This document shows positions 12,419 through 24,790 of a stretch of 48,067 nucleotides of DNA, piece by piece (within the stretch, counting starts at the first letter, position 1; every line of letters begins with the position of its first letter). Origin of the DNA: Paraglomus brasilianum (lineage: Eukaryota); NCBI GenBank assembly GCA_910592345.1, contig CAJVPI010000154.1:1-48067 (forward strand). The letters are read 5' to 3'. The position numbers and the translations under genes were made by a program. The notes beneath the pieces were generated by a model. It made no database searches. It saw only the letters and a list, made by a program, of their open reading frames with translations, and had not been told where the DNA came from.

Positions 12419-14192
12419 GGGAGAAAGGGAGCGGGAGAAGCCCAGAAGAGTATAGAAATGGAAGATGTATTCGAGGTTTTGCAATACGAACAATTTTCGT
12501 GTACTATATGTCCAGTCACCGCGTTGGGCAGGTCATTCAGGTGGTGACTATAGATTTTGACTATGATGGTGACTATAAATTTTTTAGTCACAATATAGAT
12601 AAATAAAGCTGCCAAGTGATTATACCTTATATTAAGAACGAAAAGCTACTGCAAGAAAACATACTTATTAAAGCAACTTTATTATTCCTTTATCAACTAA
12701 TGATACCATTCTCTATATTCACCAGAACAATAGCTATCCAGCCGTTTTTGTTTCGTTAATGCAAATTGTTCGATTGGCAACTTATTTTTGTGTTTCGAAA
12801 CGTTCTTAAATCCCCAACATCGAAGTCTCCATTATCTTTTTGCTCATAGAAAGTAATAAACATCTCGAGACCCTTTAAAGTCTCTTTATGAGACTCTTCA
12901 CTATCATTTTGACTGTCAAAAATAGTGCAACAGCAGTAAATCTTCCTATTTTGCTTTGGTACTAACTTTTACTTTTCGGTGTTATTGATTATTTGGACTA
13001 TATAGAGAGAACTTACATATATCATATAATTACTCGTTCTCCATAAAACGGTGATAGTGACTATAACGCAATTGTAACTGTAGTCAAGAAAAAGATTAGC
13101 TAAAATTTAATGAGCATTTAAAGAAGCAGACCCAAGAACGTTAAAAGCAACCGAACGCTTTATGGTCTATTTGAATGACAATGGGACAGCAAAAAGAAAG
13201 TGCGTATTATATACACCCATGTAATCGCAAATTTGCGAGGTAAGGATCAGTTTGATACATCGTCGGTCAAGCACTTGTTACATTTTTTAAGTTGGAAGCT
13301 TCTTTAACCAGTTTAATAAAAAAAAAACGCGCATTGTTATGTCTTTTTACAGACTGTTAACTTAACAGTCTCTTCATATGACCTTTTTCTTAGATTTTAA
13401 GTATTCCACGCAATTCAGGTTGTCTGGCCAAGAGCTTGAAAAATTGGTAGAATGACCTCTCTTAATCTCAAACAACCTAATTTCTAATTAAGCAAAATTT
13501 TAAGATGAAAGGTTTCTCACTAGATTATATACGAGACATATATAAAATTATCAAAAGCTCGAGTTTAATCGCCTATAATTTTGCCACGTGATTAAACCAT
13601 GATTTCGGTAATCCGGACGTTTGATGATATTTCGATAATTCGGCTGTAATGATCAACTGTATAATAATAAATTAATAATTCGCCTTTGACCATATATGTA
13701 ATCATTTAACCGCTAATTACGAAAGAGTTTAATGGAAGTTGACTGCAGGTTGATATCACGAATTTAACGCTTGTTCACTTGAATAATAAACTTGCACAGA
13801 AAAGCCATGAAGAACGTATGTTGGCCAGAACCTAAAAGTATTGTCCAGTCAGCTTGATGATAACACTAAAAATGACTACTACTCTTTCACAGCATGATTA
13901 TAACCCTCACTATCATCTCACCAAGTAAGACTTATACTTTAAACGTTGGTCTTATAGAATCTTTGTTGACATCTGGTTCATGTGAAAGCAAATGCTATTA
14001 CAAGACTAGCTGAAACAAATAAAGAAGCTTGGCTATGTCTGGTAGTTAGTTGGGCAATTTCTTAAACTTCATGTCGGAATCGACTTTTTAGTTTATTTAG
14101 CTTCCCTATAGGTTACGTGTAGACCTAATACAAATATAATAATGAACTAATAAATACAATATCTTACATACTTCTCCTCTTAACTAACTCCG

Positions 14193-15149
14193 TTAGTGTA
14201 CATCAATTAAGCTCTCATTATTTCCAGTTGCTTGAGGTGGCTTTTCGTTCAACATGCTGCAGCAATGTTGACACTTGGCAGCTTCTTTTGGCACATCTGC
14301 TTTACACCATGGGCAGGGCAAGGTAGCGGGGGATTTTCCTTTATTGCGCTCGACTTGTTCTTGGACCGAGTCATGAACTATTTTATAATGGAGAGAAAAT
14401 GTGAAGCTCGCATGGATGAGTAATAAGGAACGGCGGCGAATAGTTGAGAGGCTAGATAGTTTTTGTTGTAATAATCCAACTTACCGAGTACAATCCAGAA
14501 CAAAGTTATACATATCAGGAAAAATGTAATGCAAGCAGTTATAAATGACCCAATATTCATAGTCCTAAAACAAATCAAGCAGTTTAAATAAGTAACAGTC
14601 TGTTCAATAGTTTTTCCCAACTGACTTTTACTTACACGGCCCCATCCGCCTGAGCGTCATGAGGAGTAGTGTAATGGGCACCATGAGTTTTGCCGGGACG
14701 AATGATAATGAAGAAGTTTTCGAGTTGTGAATCTTGGAAGAAAGATGTATTATTTAGTTAACAACATCGGCGTCATATGGGTTTCGTAATCGTATTTACC
14801 ATGAATGACGAGACCGAGGGGTGGAGTGAGAATGTCAACCTACGGATAAATGACGATAAATGGTGAATTCGGATGCATTATGTATTTTATATGACACAAA
14901 TCCAACAGAAATAAAAATTCGTGTGTTTGCTTGAACGTTTGCTTACGACGAATGAATTGACAACAGCAGAGAAGGCAGCACCGATGATTATACCTTTGGT
15001 CAATAGTATAGGATATTAGCTAACTCTATTACCACCAAGATTGATACCTTCGTCGATTACTCACCAACACCCAGATCAACGACATTTCCCCCTCTCTTCT
15101 CCACGAATGCTTTAAACTTTTTGTTTAGGCTCCTACAACAGCCAGACAT
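14193..15149 (-). CDS. mscL: Large-conductance mechanosensitive channel MscL with C-terminal CxxC...CxxC motif (exons 15149-15065, 14993-14947, 14839-14800, 14732-14636, 14564-14485, 14377-14193; 177 aa)
   Basis: Five GT-AG introns give one open frame: [71 protein letters not shown]...AQADGAVTMNIGSFITACITFFLICITLFWIVLV...CPWCKADVPKEAAKCQHCCSML. It matches the MscL S1/TM1 signature (F..F...[22 protein letters not shown]..PPLG) and TM2 (G.FI...I.F). Confidence 0.93.
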
Positions 15150-15263
15150 CTTGGCGGGTAGACGGATAAGCGAAGCCAATAGTTGCGTCCCCTTATTATG
15201 GCTTTCTGGTAGGACTAGATGATCTAATCTTAATCAATTAAACGGGATATTAATATTACAAGA

Positions 15264-15333
15264 ATCAAACAATGGCAGACTTGCTGATATTATTTTTGAT
15301 CAAACAATGGCAGACTTACCGATATTATTTTTG
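15264..15333. repeat. 35-bp tandem duplication in the divergent mscL / pseudokinase intergenic region
   Basis: ATCAAACAATGGCAGACTTGCTGATATTATTTTTG followed by ATCAAACAATGGCAGACTTACCGATATTATTTTTG. Confidence 0.85.
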
Positions 15334-15700
15334 ATGTTCAATGCATACGTCATTCAATACTTAATATATTACTTTCGTTTTCCCCATCATGTGCCGTCAT
15401 TACAAACAGGTTTGGCTTCTGCCATTTAAAGGGGGTACCCCCATTTAAAGTTTAATCAATGTGGCTGACTCGAGCGTTGCATAGCGTTGCGCCGGGAATA
15501 TGCGATAAGACAATGCTTGTGGGGGCTATTAATACATAATGATCTAAACCAGATTGAGTATTCGGTGGCGCCCCTCATTAATGATGACGTTAAATCTGCA
15601 ATCCTGTTTTTTGTCACACAATAATGTAAATGACATAATCGTTTGTATTATTAGAAACAAAATTTATAAGAGTTATTAAACACAAGCGAAACGTACAACC

Positions 15701-17343
15701 ATGACAAATATTGCATCAACATCAAAATCAACAACCAACTCTCAAAACAACCATCATCCACCTCTACAATCTATTCTCTTTACACACCAGTTTCCAACCA
15801 TTTCATCTAACTATCCAACCTCATCACCAATATCCTGCTCGATATGCTCGTCTACACTTCCTCGATCTACTCTTTGGTGTAATCCCTGTCAAGCAGCTCG
15901 CTTCACTGCTCTTTCTCACACTTGGACGTCAGATCATCCACTCCTCGACAGATACATTTTATCTACTCAACAGGAAGCTACTTCATGTGTTAGTTACTTA
16001 GAATATATTCCACATCAACAACTAGCTATCGATTTCACCATCGATGAGACTGAATACAGCGATTTTGCTCGTGTATTGATCGGATACTGGATTGATGGTC
16101 CAGCGGACACCTGGAGCGGCAGAGAGAAGAAGTTCGTTCGCGGAAGAGAGTACGTTAAAATCGCATTTATTAGTTACAAATGTACAGAGGAAGAGTTTGT
16201 TGAGGAACTACGTTTGCAGTTTGAGGCAAGAAAACAGAATCTGTTGATGACAAGGGTATTTGGTGCGACATATTGTTCTTTGACACAAAGATTTTGTATG
16301 ATAATCGAATCAGCTGAATGGGATTTGAGGCGTTATATTTCTCATTTGCACACGCGTTTAGAATGGTCTCATCGCTTGCTCATCCTACATACGTTGACTT
16401 CAGCAATATTGTACCCCGATAAGTATCAGTATTACCAGCCATTGTATGAAGGTGAAGTGGACAATGTTATATTTAGATCACATACAGAAGTACCATTACG
16501 AGAGATGCAATTAGACACAAAGTCATATGGAATACCAGTAATCGGTAGTGTAAGATTTGATATTTCTCCGTATATTCCACCCGAATTTCTAATAAGCGGG
16601 AAGAAAGAGAGTGGACACGAAGTATATACCATATCAATGATAATGTTTAACCTGATCTGCAACGAACCAATCTTATATTCAATGTTACCACAACAATCTT
16701 CTTCATCAACGAATACATTCTCTCCCTCGGCCTATTCCTCCTATCTGTCGTCTTCTCTTCGCCCCCTCATTCCTGATTTTCTTCAGTCGATAGTTCCGTC
16801 TTTTTACATTTCTTTGATGATGCAATGCTGGTCTCATAATCCATGCGATCGCCCTTCCATTGCCACCCTACACGATATACTCACACGCTGGCGATTTGAT
16901 CCAATATACGAAAGCGAATTCCAAGAAGCCGAGTCGAAGAGATTTGCATATGAAAAGTCGAAAGGTAACGACCCCAGTGAGGAGCTGACATTACCGAGTA
17001 TTGAACATCCGATGGCAGTCGGGATTGCAAGACCAATTAGGTATTTGAAAATGCCAAAGGTTCCGCCCAAGCGGCTTTGGGTTAGACAGGAGAAATCAGA
17101 TATCTGGAGGGCTGACAGAAGTGAGTATACTCTAACCTATTACTGTGTAAAAACAAGGAAATTGTCAATGATAGAAGGCTGTTTGTTCGGCATTTTCTCA
17201 TTCTACTTCATTTCCATTCCTTTCCCTAAACTCCCGTTTCAGGTTTCTTTAATCACATAAATTCATTAAGACCTCGTACGTTCATGCTCCGCTTTGGATA
17301 CGATCCATCGCTGTCGAATGATGAAAAAAATGAAAAGACATAG
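15701..17343 (+). CDS. TKL-type protein kinase-like protein, probably a pseudokinase (likely intron 17121-17242)
   Basis: N-term C..C...WC.PC...F...WTS...LD.YI...Q...LEYIP is typical of the expanded Glomeromycota-type kinase family. C-lobe YIPPE, VYTISMIM, LMMQCWSHNPCDRPS is retained, but there is no Gly loop, HRD or DFG. Confidence 0.8.
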
Positions 17344-18629
17344 ATACCTGACGCGTTCTCGCCTCAAACTCAATTGACATTTATACTAATTCGATATATT
17401 AATTTTTGGTAAATAAGTAATAATAATCAATGATAGTTTGAACATAGTCTTTCACATTGCATGCAATTTCAAAAGTAGATGAAATCGAAGGATATAGTAG
17501 TCGAGATATATGGAAGAAGGGTTCTAAATAAAATAAAAGGTTTGCTGTCGCTTAGTGATGGGTAATTATTAGTAGTCATATAAGCGTATCGATCTTGGCG
17601 AGTAGCGTGTTGACGTAACCGTATAATGGCTTATAAATTGGCTCTTAATTCTTCCAAATTTATTAGATTAAGTTTCCAGTACACGTTGAATCCAATATCT
17701 CCAAATTTGGAGGGTTTTCCGCGGATATCAAAAGTTATAAATTCTGTTGTAGGGGTCTAAATACTATCAGCGAACGAACTTACTATCGATGAAATGAACC
17801 GGACCCGAAATAGACATTACTATAACTTTGTAAGAAACGTTAATGTATATGTCGTATATATTTGAACAAAATATTCTCACGCGATGACCGACATAATGAT
17901 GTGTAGTGTCATTCACGCAAGCACAAGTAGTTTGTGCGTGTACTTATAAATAGAATACTGCTGTCAATAAAGATCTTAATTAGAATACCAACATCAATAA
18001 TGGAAATTGTGTAGTGTTGGCAGTGAGATGGTTGAAGAAACATAATTTATAGATCGAGCATTTTGTGGAGTGGTACGTGTACAAAATATTGTATGATGGA
18101 AGAATGAAGCGGACGATGTATTAAAAATATCTTCATGATTTGCAATAGGTCCAGTATATCGTGAGACATTCGAAGCGTCAGACAAGATTAAAATTTAGTA
18201 TAAATACAAGGAATCAGTTAAGGTTATTAATACTAATACTATCGTTCGAATTTAGTCTAAACACATGGGAAATCTGGATTCATTAATTAAATATCCCGAT
18301 TAACCAAATGACACTTGTGCCAGACAAGATTACGCATCAACTTCTATATATCTTGTATTGTGGTTGTGTAAGTGAATCTCTATGTTTTTGGTAAACACTG
18401 AATTTATGTGCCCTTACAGGAGTATGTTTATTAGTCATACTACATACTATAAAGTTATTCTCATGTCATACCTTCGTGCTAATATACGTTAACTCTTAGA
18501 CTAAAAGTCAACATACTACTAGGCATAAAATTTATAGCAAACGACTGCAAATACATTAACTAAAATATTGGCCCTGGAAATTCTACTACAACAACCAAAT
18601 AGAATAAGAGAACATGTGTTAATAAATAG

Positions 18630-19190
18630 TACAGTACTGGGTGGATCAAAAAGTTCTTGCCACTTGAAAAACTACATAATAATTTTAAAACTAACTAATC
18701 TATTTCTTCAAAATAGCCATCTCTTACCTTCATATATTTTTGTAACCTCTTCCGCCAACTTTCAAAAGACTTGTGATATTTCTCTTGTGGGATGGACGTA
18801 GCAATAATTCGACTCGTATTTTGCTTCAAAAAACCCCACATTCTTAGATGCGCGATGAGGCGCAGCATTGTCATATGCAGTAGCTCTTTGTACCTTCAAG
18901 AAATGTAATTAGAATAAAGCTCACCTACTCTCGTATCTCTTTATTAGAGGTTTTATTAAGCATATTGAGAGATATTTTTCCAAAATTGCTTCGCAAAGAT
19001 CAAGGATCGTCTTCCAAGTAGTTTCTTCCATCATTGTCAAACTGTGCATAATGTTACTGCATTATGTCTACATGACCTTATTAATATTGCATTAATTTTA
19101 CTAACATCTATCGCGTCTTGCCATTTCAACAGATACGTAGAATCGGTATTGCTCACGTGAAATTCACAAACTTTGAACAACGATATGTCT
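18630..19190 (-). mobile_element. Degenerate Tc1/mariner-like relic
   Basis: TA-CTGGGTGGATCAAAAAGTT mariner-like end near 18635 and a minus-strand DNAAPHR (DDE second-Asp-like motif); heavily decayed. Confidence 0.35.
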
Positions 19191-19191
19191 A

Positions 19192-19332
19192 CAAGTGGCT
19201 CTCGATATAAGAAAGTATTTTTGCTGGACCTGATTCAAAATTTTATAACAAATGACTCTCGTTATAAGAGATTTCGATATAAGAAAGGAATTTGTTGGGC
19301 CCCGATCACTTTCTTATATCGAGAGCCACTTG
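19192..19332. mobile_element. MITE, 141 bp
   Basis: TIRs CAAGTGGCTCTCGATATAAGAAAGT / ACTTTCTTATATCGAGAGCCACTTG, TA on both flanks. Confidence 0.9.
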
Positions 19333-20643
19333 TATTTATCGCTCTTTTCAAAATTCTGCAGTCACACAACATTTGGTCACAACTTTTTTGCGAGCCTGAT
19401 TACTAAACCTCTCTGAAGAGTAGAAGACGCCTACTTAATACAACTTTACCTCTTTACTTAGCGCAAGGCAAGAAAAGAAAGCTTGTTGGTTGTTACATCA
19501 ACGATTACGTGTATAACTGATTCTATTGGCTGAAATTGTTTTCTTTTTCATTTTCGTTTTGAAAAGTGCTATAAAACAAACCAAATTTAATTTGGTTTGA
19601 AGATCAGAACTTGAGCTTTTATTTAATTAGCATCATGCTATCAGCCCGTAAAACGAGAAGCATGCGGCAAGAACTTTTTGATCCACCCACGTATATACTT
19701 ACTTTCTGGACTGTACGTTTTATTTCGACCGGTTTGGCCGACATAGTGTCGTTCTATGATTCTTTATTCAATTATTATAATATTAATATTAATACGCACC
19801 AACCAGTGTGTTGACTTGGACTTTCTTTGAGTGAAAACATGAGACATTTATGATAGTGTTGAATAATATGTTGAAAGGAAGTGTGGATAAGGTATCAAGT
19901 TTGACGGGAAGGAGTTATTTATGGGAGGCATGCAGTTCGAAGTATTGTGGCAAGTAGTTACTTTTATTTATTACACTCTGCGTAAATGGCATTAATTTTA
20001 TGACGTTCGAATGCCATATCTTAATTGGCATCATGTTAGACGTAAATACTGTAGGTTCTAATGACTGGTATGTTCACAATACTCGCATTAACATTTTTTC
20101 GGGACGGCAAAAGGTACAAGTACACTAATTTGACATGTTAAATTCTAATATTTTAAGCTTCTCTGAATTTAGTTTAACCGTATAGAATAATGAAGTCTGA
20201 TATTATCTGGTGTTTTGATCACACGGTATGAATGGGGCGGTATATTTTTTGTTGTTAACCAAAATTTCATATAAATAGTGGTTTTCCAACAAGCTTTTTT
20301 TTTGCGGCCCAAGGCATAAGGCGTAAGGCATAAAGCATAAGGCATAAGACATATTAATATAGCTTAAGGCGTCTTTGGTGTTGATCACTGCCAAAAAACA
20401 ATAAAAGAAAGGGTTTGCATAATAAAAAGGAAAAGTTTGCATTACTATTACGCAATACTGCAATAGGCTAAAGTTGAGTCACAAACAAACAAATGCTAGC
20501 ATATGCGTCGGCGGAACGCAAAGTGGCGAATCTGCCGTATGTTGTTTTTTTTTATTTCTTAACTCATGTTTGTATATTTCGCCAATTTGTTCTGTTGCAA
20601 TGCACATAAAAGATATTTAATTACAACACTACATAGTTTGCTG

Positions 20644-20717
20644 GCTTCCATGGCGCAATTGGTTAGCGCGTTTGGCTGTTAACCAAAAGGTTCCTGGTTC
20701 GAATCCAGGTGGGAGCG
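20644..20717 (+). tRNA. tRNA-Asn (GTT), intronless
   Basis: Cloverleaf: GCTTCCA/TGGGAGC acceptor, GCGC D-stem, TTTGG-CTGTTAA-CCAAA anticodon arm, CCTGG-TTCGAAT-CCAGG T-arm; no encoded CCA; T-run downstream. Confidence 0.97.
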
Positions 20718-21041
20718 TAATACGAATTCTTTTCCTCTTCGGTCTAAATTATTCACATGATCAAAAATTGTGACATGCATAAGAACTACTAATGGTAGAT
20801 ATTCAGTCTGGTAATCGGTATATGCTGAACTTATTCGAGCTACGGCTCGAGAGCTTAATCAATTGTACGAACGATTATCGATGAAATCCCAGCAACGTAC
20901 GATTATACCAATAGCAATTACAACAACACCGCTCGTTCAACTATCGGCAGTTTTCTTCGCGCTCCCTCACCGCGACAATGGGGCCCTGTGGTGTCGATGC
21001 CACCGACTTAGTCAACTTTGTAAGTATCCATTCATAATTAT

Positions 21042-21121
21042 TGCTGAAATCCGGCCGAAGCTGAAAATAACCAGATCAACCAATGAAAGGTCAAGGTTTC
21101 AGCTTCAGCCGGATTTCAGCA
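21042..21121. repeat. Short foldback / mini-MITE
   Basis: TGCTGAAATCCGGCCGAAGCTGAAA and its reverse complement (24/25 match) around a 30-bp spacer. Confidence 0.75.
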
Positions 21122-21403
21122 TCAGCCGTGGCAAGTATTATTTATATCTATAAGAACGGACATTATTGTAACTAATTATTTTCATGATTCGTGTTTCGTA
21201 TTACATTTGTTCGCAGACTTACATTGGGATCCTGTCTTGAATATACTAAAGTATTCGATGGGAGTTTTTTCGAGTTTATGCAAAATCCAGCGTAATAATT
21301 ATACAAAGTTTTATATTACTTTGCAGCTTAGCTTTTCGCGAATCTGCATGTGAATTTTGAAGTGTTTAGCTTTATTATACGATGCAAACAAAAGGCAATT
21401 GCG

Positions 21404-21898
21404 ATTAAAATCAATTTCGCCGATTTTTGGCTCTAAACATTTAGTTTTTATTTTAGTACTGAGTTGGCCATTCATTATTCGAAATACATGCCTGGCATGC
21501 TCTTAACCAAATTGGAATATGTTTGATGAGGAATTAGTGACCATTCCTCTTTCAGAGCAATCTCTAATTCCGTGGCATTTTCTTCGAGCACTTTTTAAAT
21601 TATCGGAGAACAATGGTATCCTGTACAGTGGATGGCGGAATTTTAAATGTCTTAGACATTTTTGAAACGCTTCCACCTATTCTAAGACCTAAGATTTTTC
21701 CTCGATCAGCTTGTGTCAATTCAAAACCTCTTGGCATTGTAAAAGATAATAAAAGTGCTCAAAATAAAATTTGTAGACAACGCGACACATGTTTGTAGTT
21801 GGTTTATAATAATAAACCAATTTTATTTATTTAGGTTTACTTTCTTCTTTCTTTTATATAAATTTTGTGAGCCAAAGATCGGCGAAATTGATTTTAAT
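21404..21898 (-). mobile_element. Internally deleted Tc1-like element retaining the transposase HTH N-terminus
   Basis: 30-bp inverted repeats ATTAAAATCAATTTCGCCGAT(T/C)TTTGGCTC (29/30). Minus-strand mini-ORF 21737-21600 MPRGFELTQADRGKILGLRIGGSVSKMSKTFKIPPSTVQDTI resembles a Tc1 HTH. Confidence 0.75.
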
Positions 21899-21971
21899 AA
21901 ACAATAAATGAATTTTATAATCACTATTACTACTCTATTGTTAAATATTGTTTCACATTTTTATTTTATTA

Positions 21972-22749
21972 CAGTGAACTCTCCATTCAAGCACCCTCAC
22001 CCTCCCAAGCTCAGGAATTAGGAAATTGATGCACACCCTCCATACTCTGCATTGCATGGTTTTTTCGATTCCCACTATATGAGTTTCACCCTCTATACAT
22101 GCACGCCCGTGATTTTCATGTGATTTGTACAACAATTTATGTTACCTAATGGTTTGAAATGGTCAAAGTTATGATGATCAGTCTATACAAAGACAGTACA
22201 GCTACTAATACGTGTTACATATATTAATATTAATATGAGCTTCCTTGCAACAGTTCATTAAGCACTTAGTGAGCTTGCACAAATTGTAACTTAACTGATA
22301 GCATGAGCCTTAATGAATTCTTGAATAATCCAGAAGAAGACAGCATTTATGAAGTTCAGTAATGACAAATTTATCAGAGATCTTGTTGAAATATACAGAG
22401 AATTGTCAGGTGTGCATGTTGTTGATGACAGTGAAGCTGACAATAGTGTTGAATTATCAATTGTAAATTGCAATGATGTTGCAAACAGTTTGGAGGTTGT
22501 TCATTCATTTTCTGCAACAGCAAGAAGATTCTAAAGAATTATTATACATATTAATGCACTAGATTGTTACATTGGTTTAAAATCAATTAATGTGATGAAA
22601 CAAACAACAATAGATGAGTTTTTAATCAGCAGCAATAATATTTAAATAAATTTTGTTACCCGGTCATGTGCAACCAATAAAATGCTGACCCTCTATTCAT
22701 GCATGCTCTGATGCATTCCTGAGGGTGTGCTTAAATAGAGGGTTCACTG
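21972..22749 (+). mobile_element. Non-autonomous pogo/Tigger-like element
   Basis: TA-CAGTGAACTCTCCATTCAAGCAC ... GTGCTTAAATAGAGGGTTCACTG-TA. Internal relic MSLNEFLNNPEED...SLEVVHSF...KQTTIDEF resembles the pogo/CENP-B transposase C-terminus. Confidence 0.85.
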
Positions 22750-22777
22750 TAAGTTGTTATACCATTTATAATACAAA

Positions 22778-22918
22778 TGTAAAATCCTCTATATAATCAC
22801 TGCACATTATTTTAATTATGGTGGTGATTGTATAGAGGTTTTATAATTACAGTCACACATCTATACAATCACCACTTTGAGGTGTAACAGACTTGGTGAT
22901 TATAAAGAGGTCTGACTG
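22778..22918. mobile_element. Two adjacent related mini-MITEs (22778-22845 and 22850-22918)
   Basis: Both have CTATA(C/T)AATCAC / GTGATT(G/A)TA(T/A)AGAGG inverted arms; the second reads TA-CAGTC...GACTG-TA. Confidence 0.65.
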
Positions 22919-23033
22919 TATGGTGTTATACATCATTTTTATTATACTACTGCCTTTTCTGTATTAAACATAAGGTCTCATAATTCTAACTAAATACTTC
23001 AGTAATCGAATACTAATACTAAGCTACTCGGTT

Positions 23034-23483
23034 TGTTAATCGCAAGGGCTCTTACAAAGTATCAGCTCAGAGAATTATATGATAGCCAGATACTTCTCAT
23101 GCCTGCTTGTTAATTGCCGGGATCTTTCAACGAAACATCAATTGATGAGTATCCGCAACTTGGTTTGTTATTGTATCGAAAAATGAAGAACACAATAATA
23201 CAAGAATGTATTTTCAATAATAAATAACGGATATTAATATTTTATTACAAGAGATGAAGACAAGTAGTTCCACCTTCAGCAGTAACTGACTCAACTTTTT
23301 CTGCCTGGGGGGAAAGGTTGTTTATATAATGAATTTTATATCCCCATCACCTTAGTTACTCTACTTCTCTCCCAGACATCTACTCGTTTATCTCGAAATC
23401 AAAATCGCCACAGAATACATGACTTGTCAAAGTGAATTTCTGACAATCAAATAATTCCAGAAAATCAGCTATTTACAACAACA
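23034..23483. repeat. Dispersed LTR-like repeat, copy 2
   Basis: Homologous to 5643-6164; begins TGTT and ends AACA; no clear target-site duplication. Confidence 0.65.
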
Positions 23484-24790
23484 ATATTACTCTAACTTTG
23501 GTTTTATTTCTCATTAATATTGTGTTCATTCTTGTGTCTTTTATCAATATCATAATCATTGTTTCAAGGCACCAAGCATACGCATGAGGACTCTTCAGCA
23601 AGCTTATTGTAATTTCAGATAATCAACTAACTGGGATTGATGAGAAATGGAATAGATATAGATACCCTATCAATCTTCTGTGCAGTCTGCCTTGCTCAGG
23701 AAGCTGAGAGAGCTGAGGTTATGCAGTTATATCCATCTTTCTGGCTTGCTGGAACAAGCAGAATATCCCAGTTCTGGTACCAAATTGAGAATGCACAAGT
23801 CTGACAGCTGTTACCATTGAAGAAGCACAGATTCTCTATGATGGTGCATTCTGGGCCAGTCTCACAGTATACTGCACCACTTATTCAAATACTCATAGGA
23901 CAACTCCTGATGTAAATATCCCCTCCAATGATTTTCACATAGTAATAAATCTGCAAGTTATTAATCACTTGTGGGTGGATGACTTTAACTTGTATTGCAA
24001 TAGTAATAGTAAATCATAACTAATAGTAAATCCAAATTTTTGTAAATTAGATAAAGCTTGACAAAACAATAATGTTTTTAGACCTATTTTTCAATTCACA
24101 TACAAGGATGACATAAAATTTAACCAAAAGATTTGCACAATGATGCACTATCAACAAGCTTATAAACCCAGAGCCATGTAAGTTACCCAATTTTCTGTTG
24201 TTCTATAAACTAGTTTTGCACATGGATATCCAAAAAAGGTTTTTGACCAACTTGTGAAATTATCTATGAAATCGCTTTAATGTGCATAAAAACTAGAAAT
24301 AAACAAATTTCAAACAAATTAGTTGAGGAATGGTATTGTCCTAAGAACTTTTTGGGCTACAATTACATATACAATGTATCTCAGTCAATAGAAGATCTTG
24401 AAAAATAGGTCCAAAAACAGGTCACAATATGAAAAATTGGTGTGAAAGAATGTTATAATCTAAAATGCCATGCATTATATTGCTCAAGTATAGGATAATG
24501 TTTACTGAAGTTAGAGAAAAACCAATGCTAGAAACCAAAGATTTCCTCTAATTATAATAACACCAAATCTCAAGAATTAAGAAAAAGATTCTGTAACATA
24601 TAAGCCATGCATAGTAATTATAGTAATAGGGCATATTAATATATGCTAATAGAAAATACCATTTGTTTTGCCCAAGTATAAGTGAGGTTTGTTGTGATGT
24701 CTCGGAAAATAATAATAAGTAAATCGCGGATACAATGGATGTGCCGTATTTAGTCAAAACTTACTGCATAGCAAGGAAGCATGCTCCTCA

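Noticed and set aside
14378..14620. Stand-alone 80-aa membrane peptide from the ORF track
   Set aside because: It is exon 5 (TM2) of mscL read through the flanking introns.
20311..20349. AAGGCAT 7-bp tandem repeat as a possible telomere-like tract
   Set aside because: Only about five imperfect interstitial copies, unlike the usual TTAGGG-type repeat.
23560..24540. Coding-like, CpG-poor sequence upstream of tilS
   Set aside because: Multiple stops and no recognisable motif; probably a decayed element that I cannot assign.
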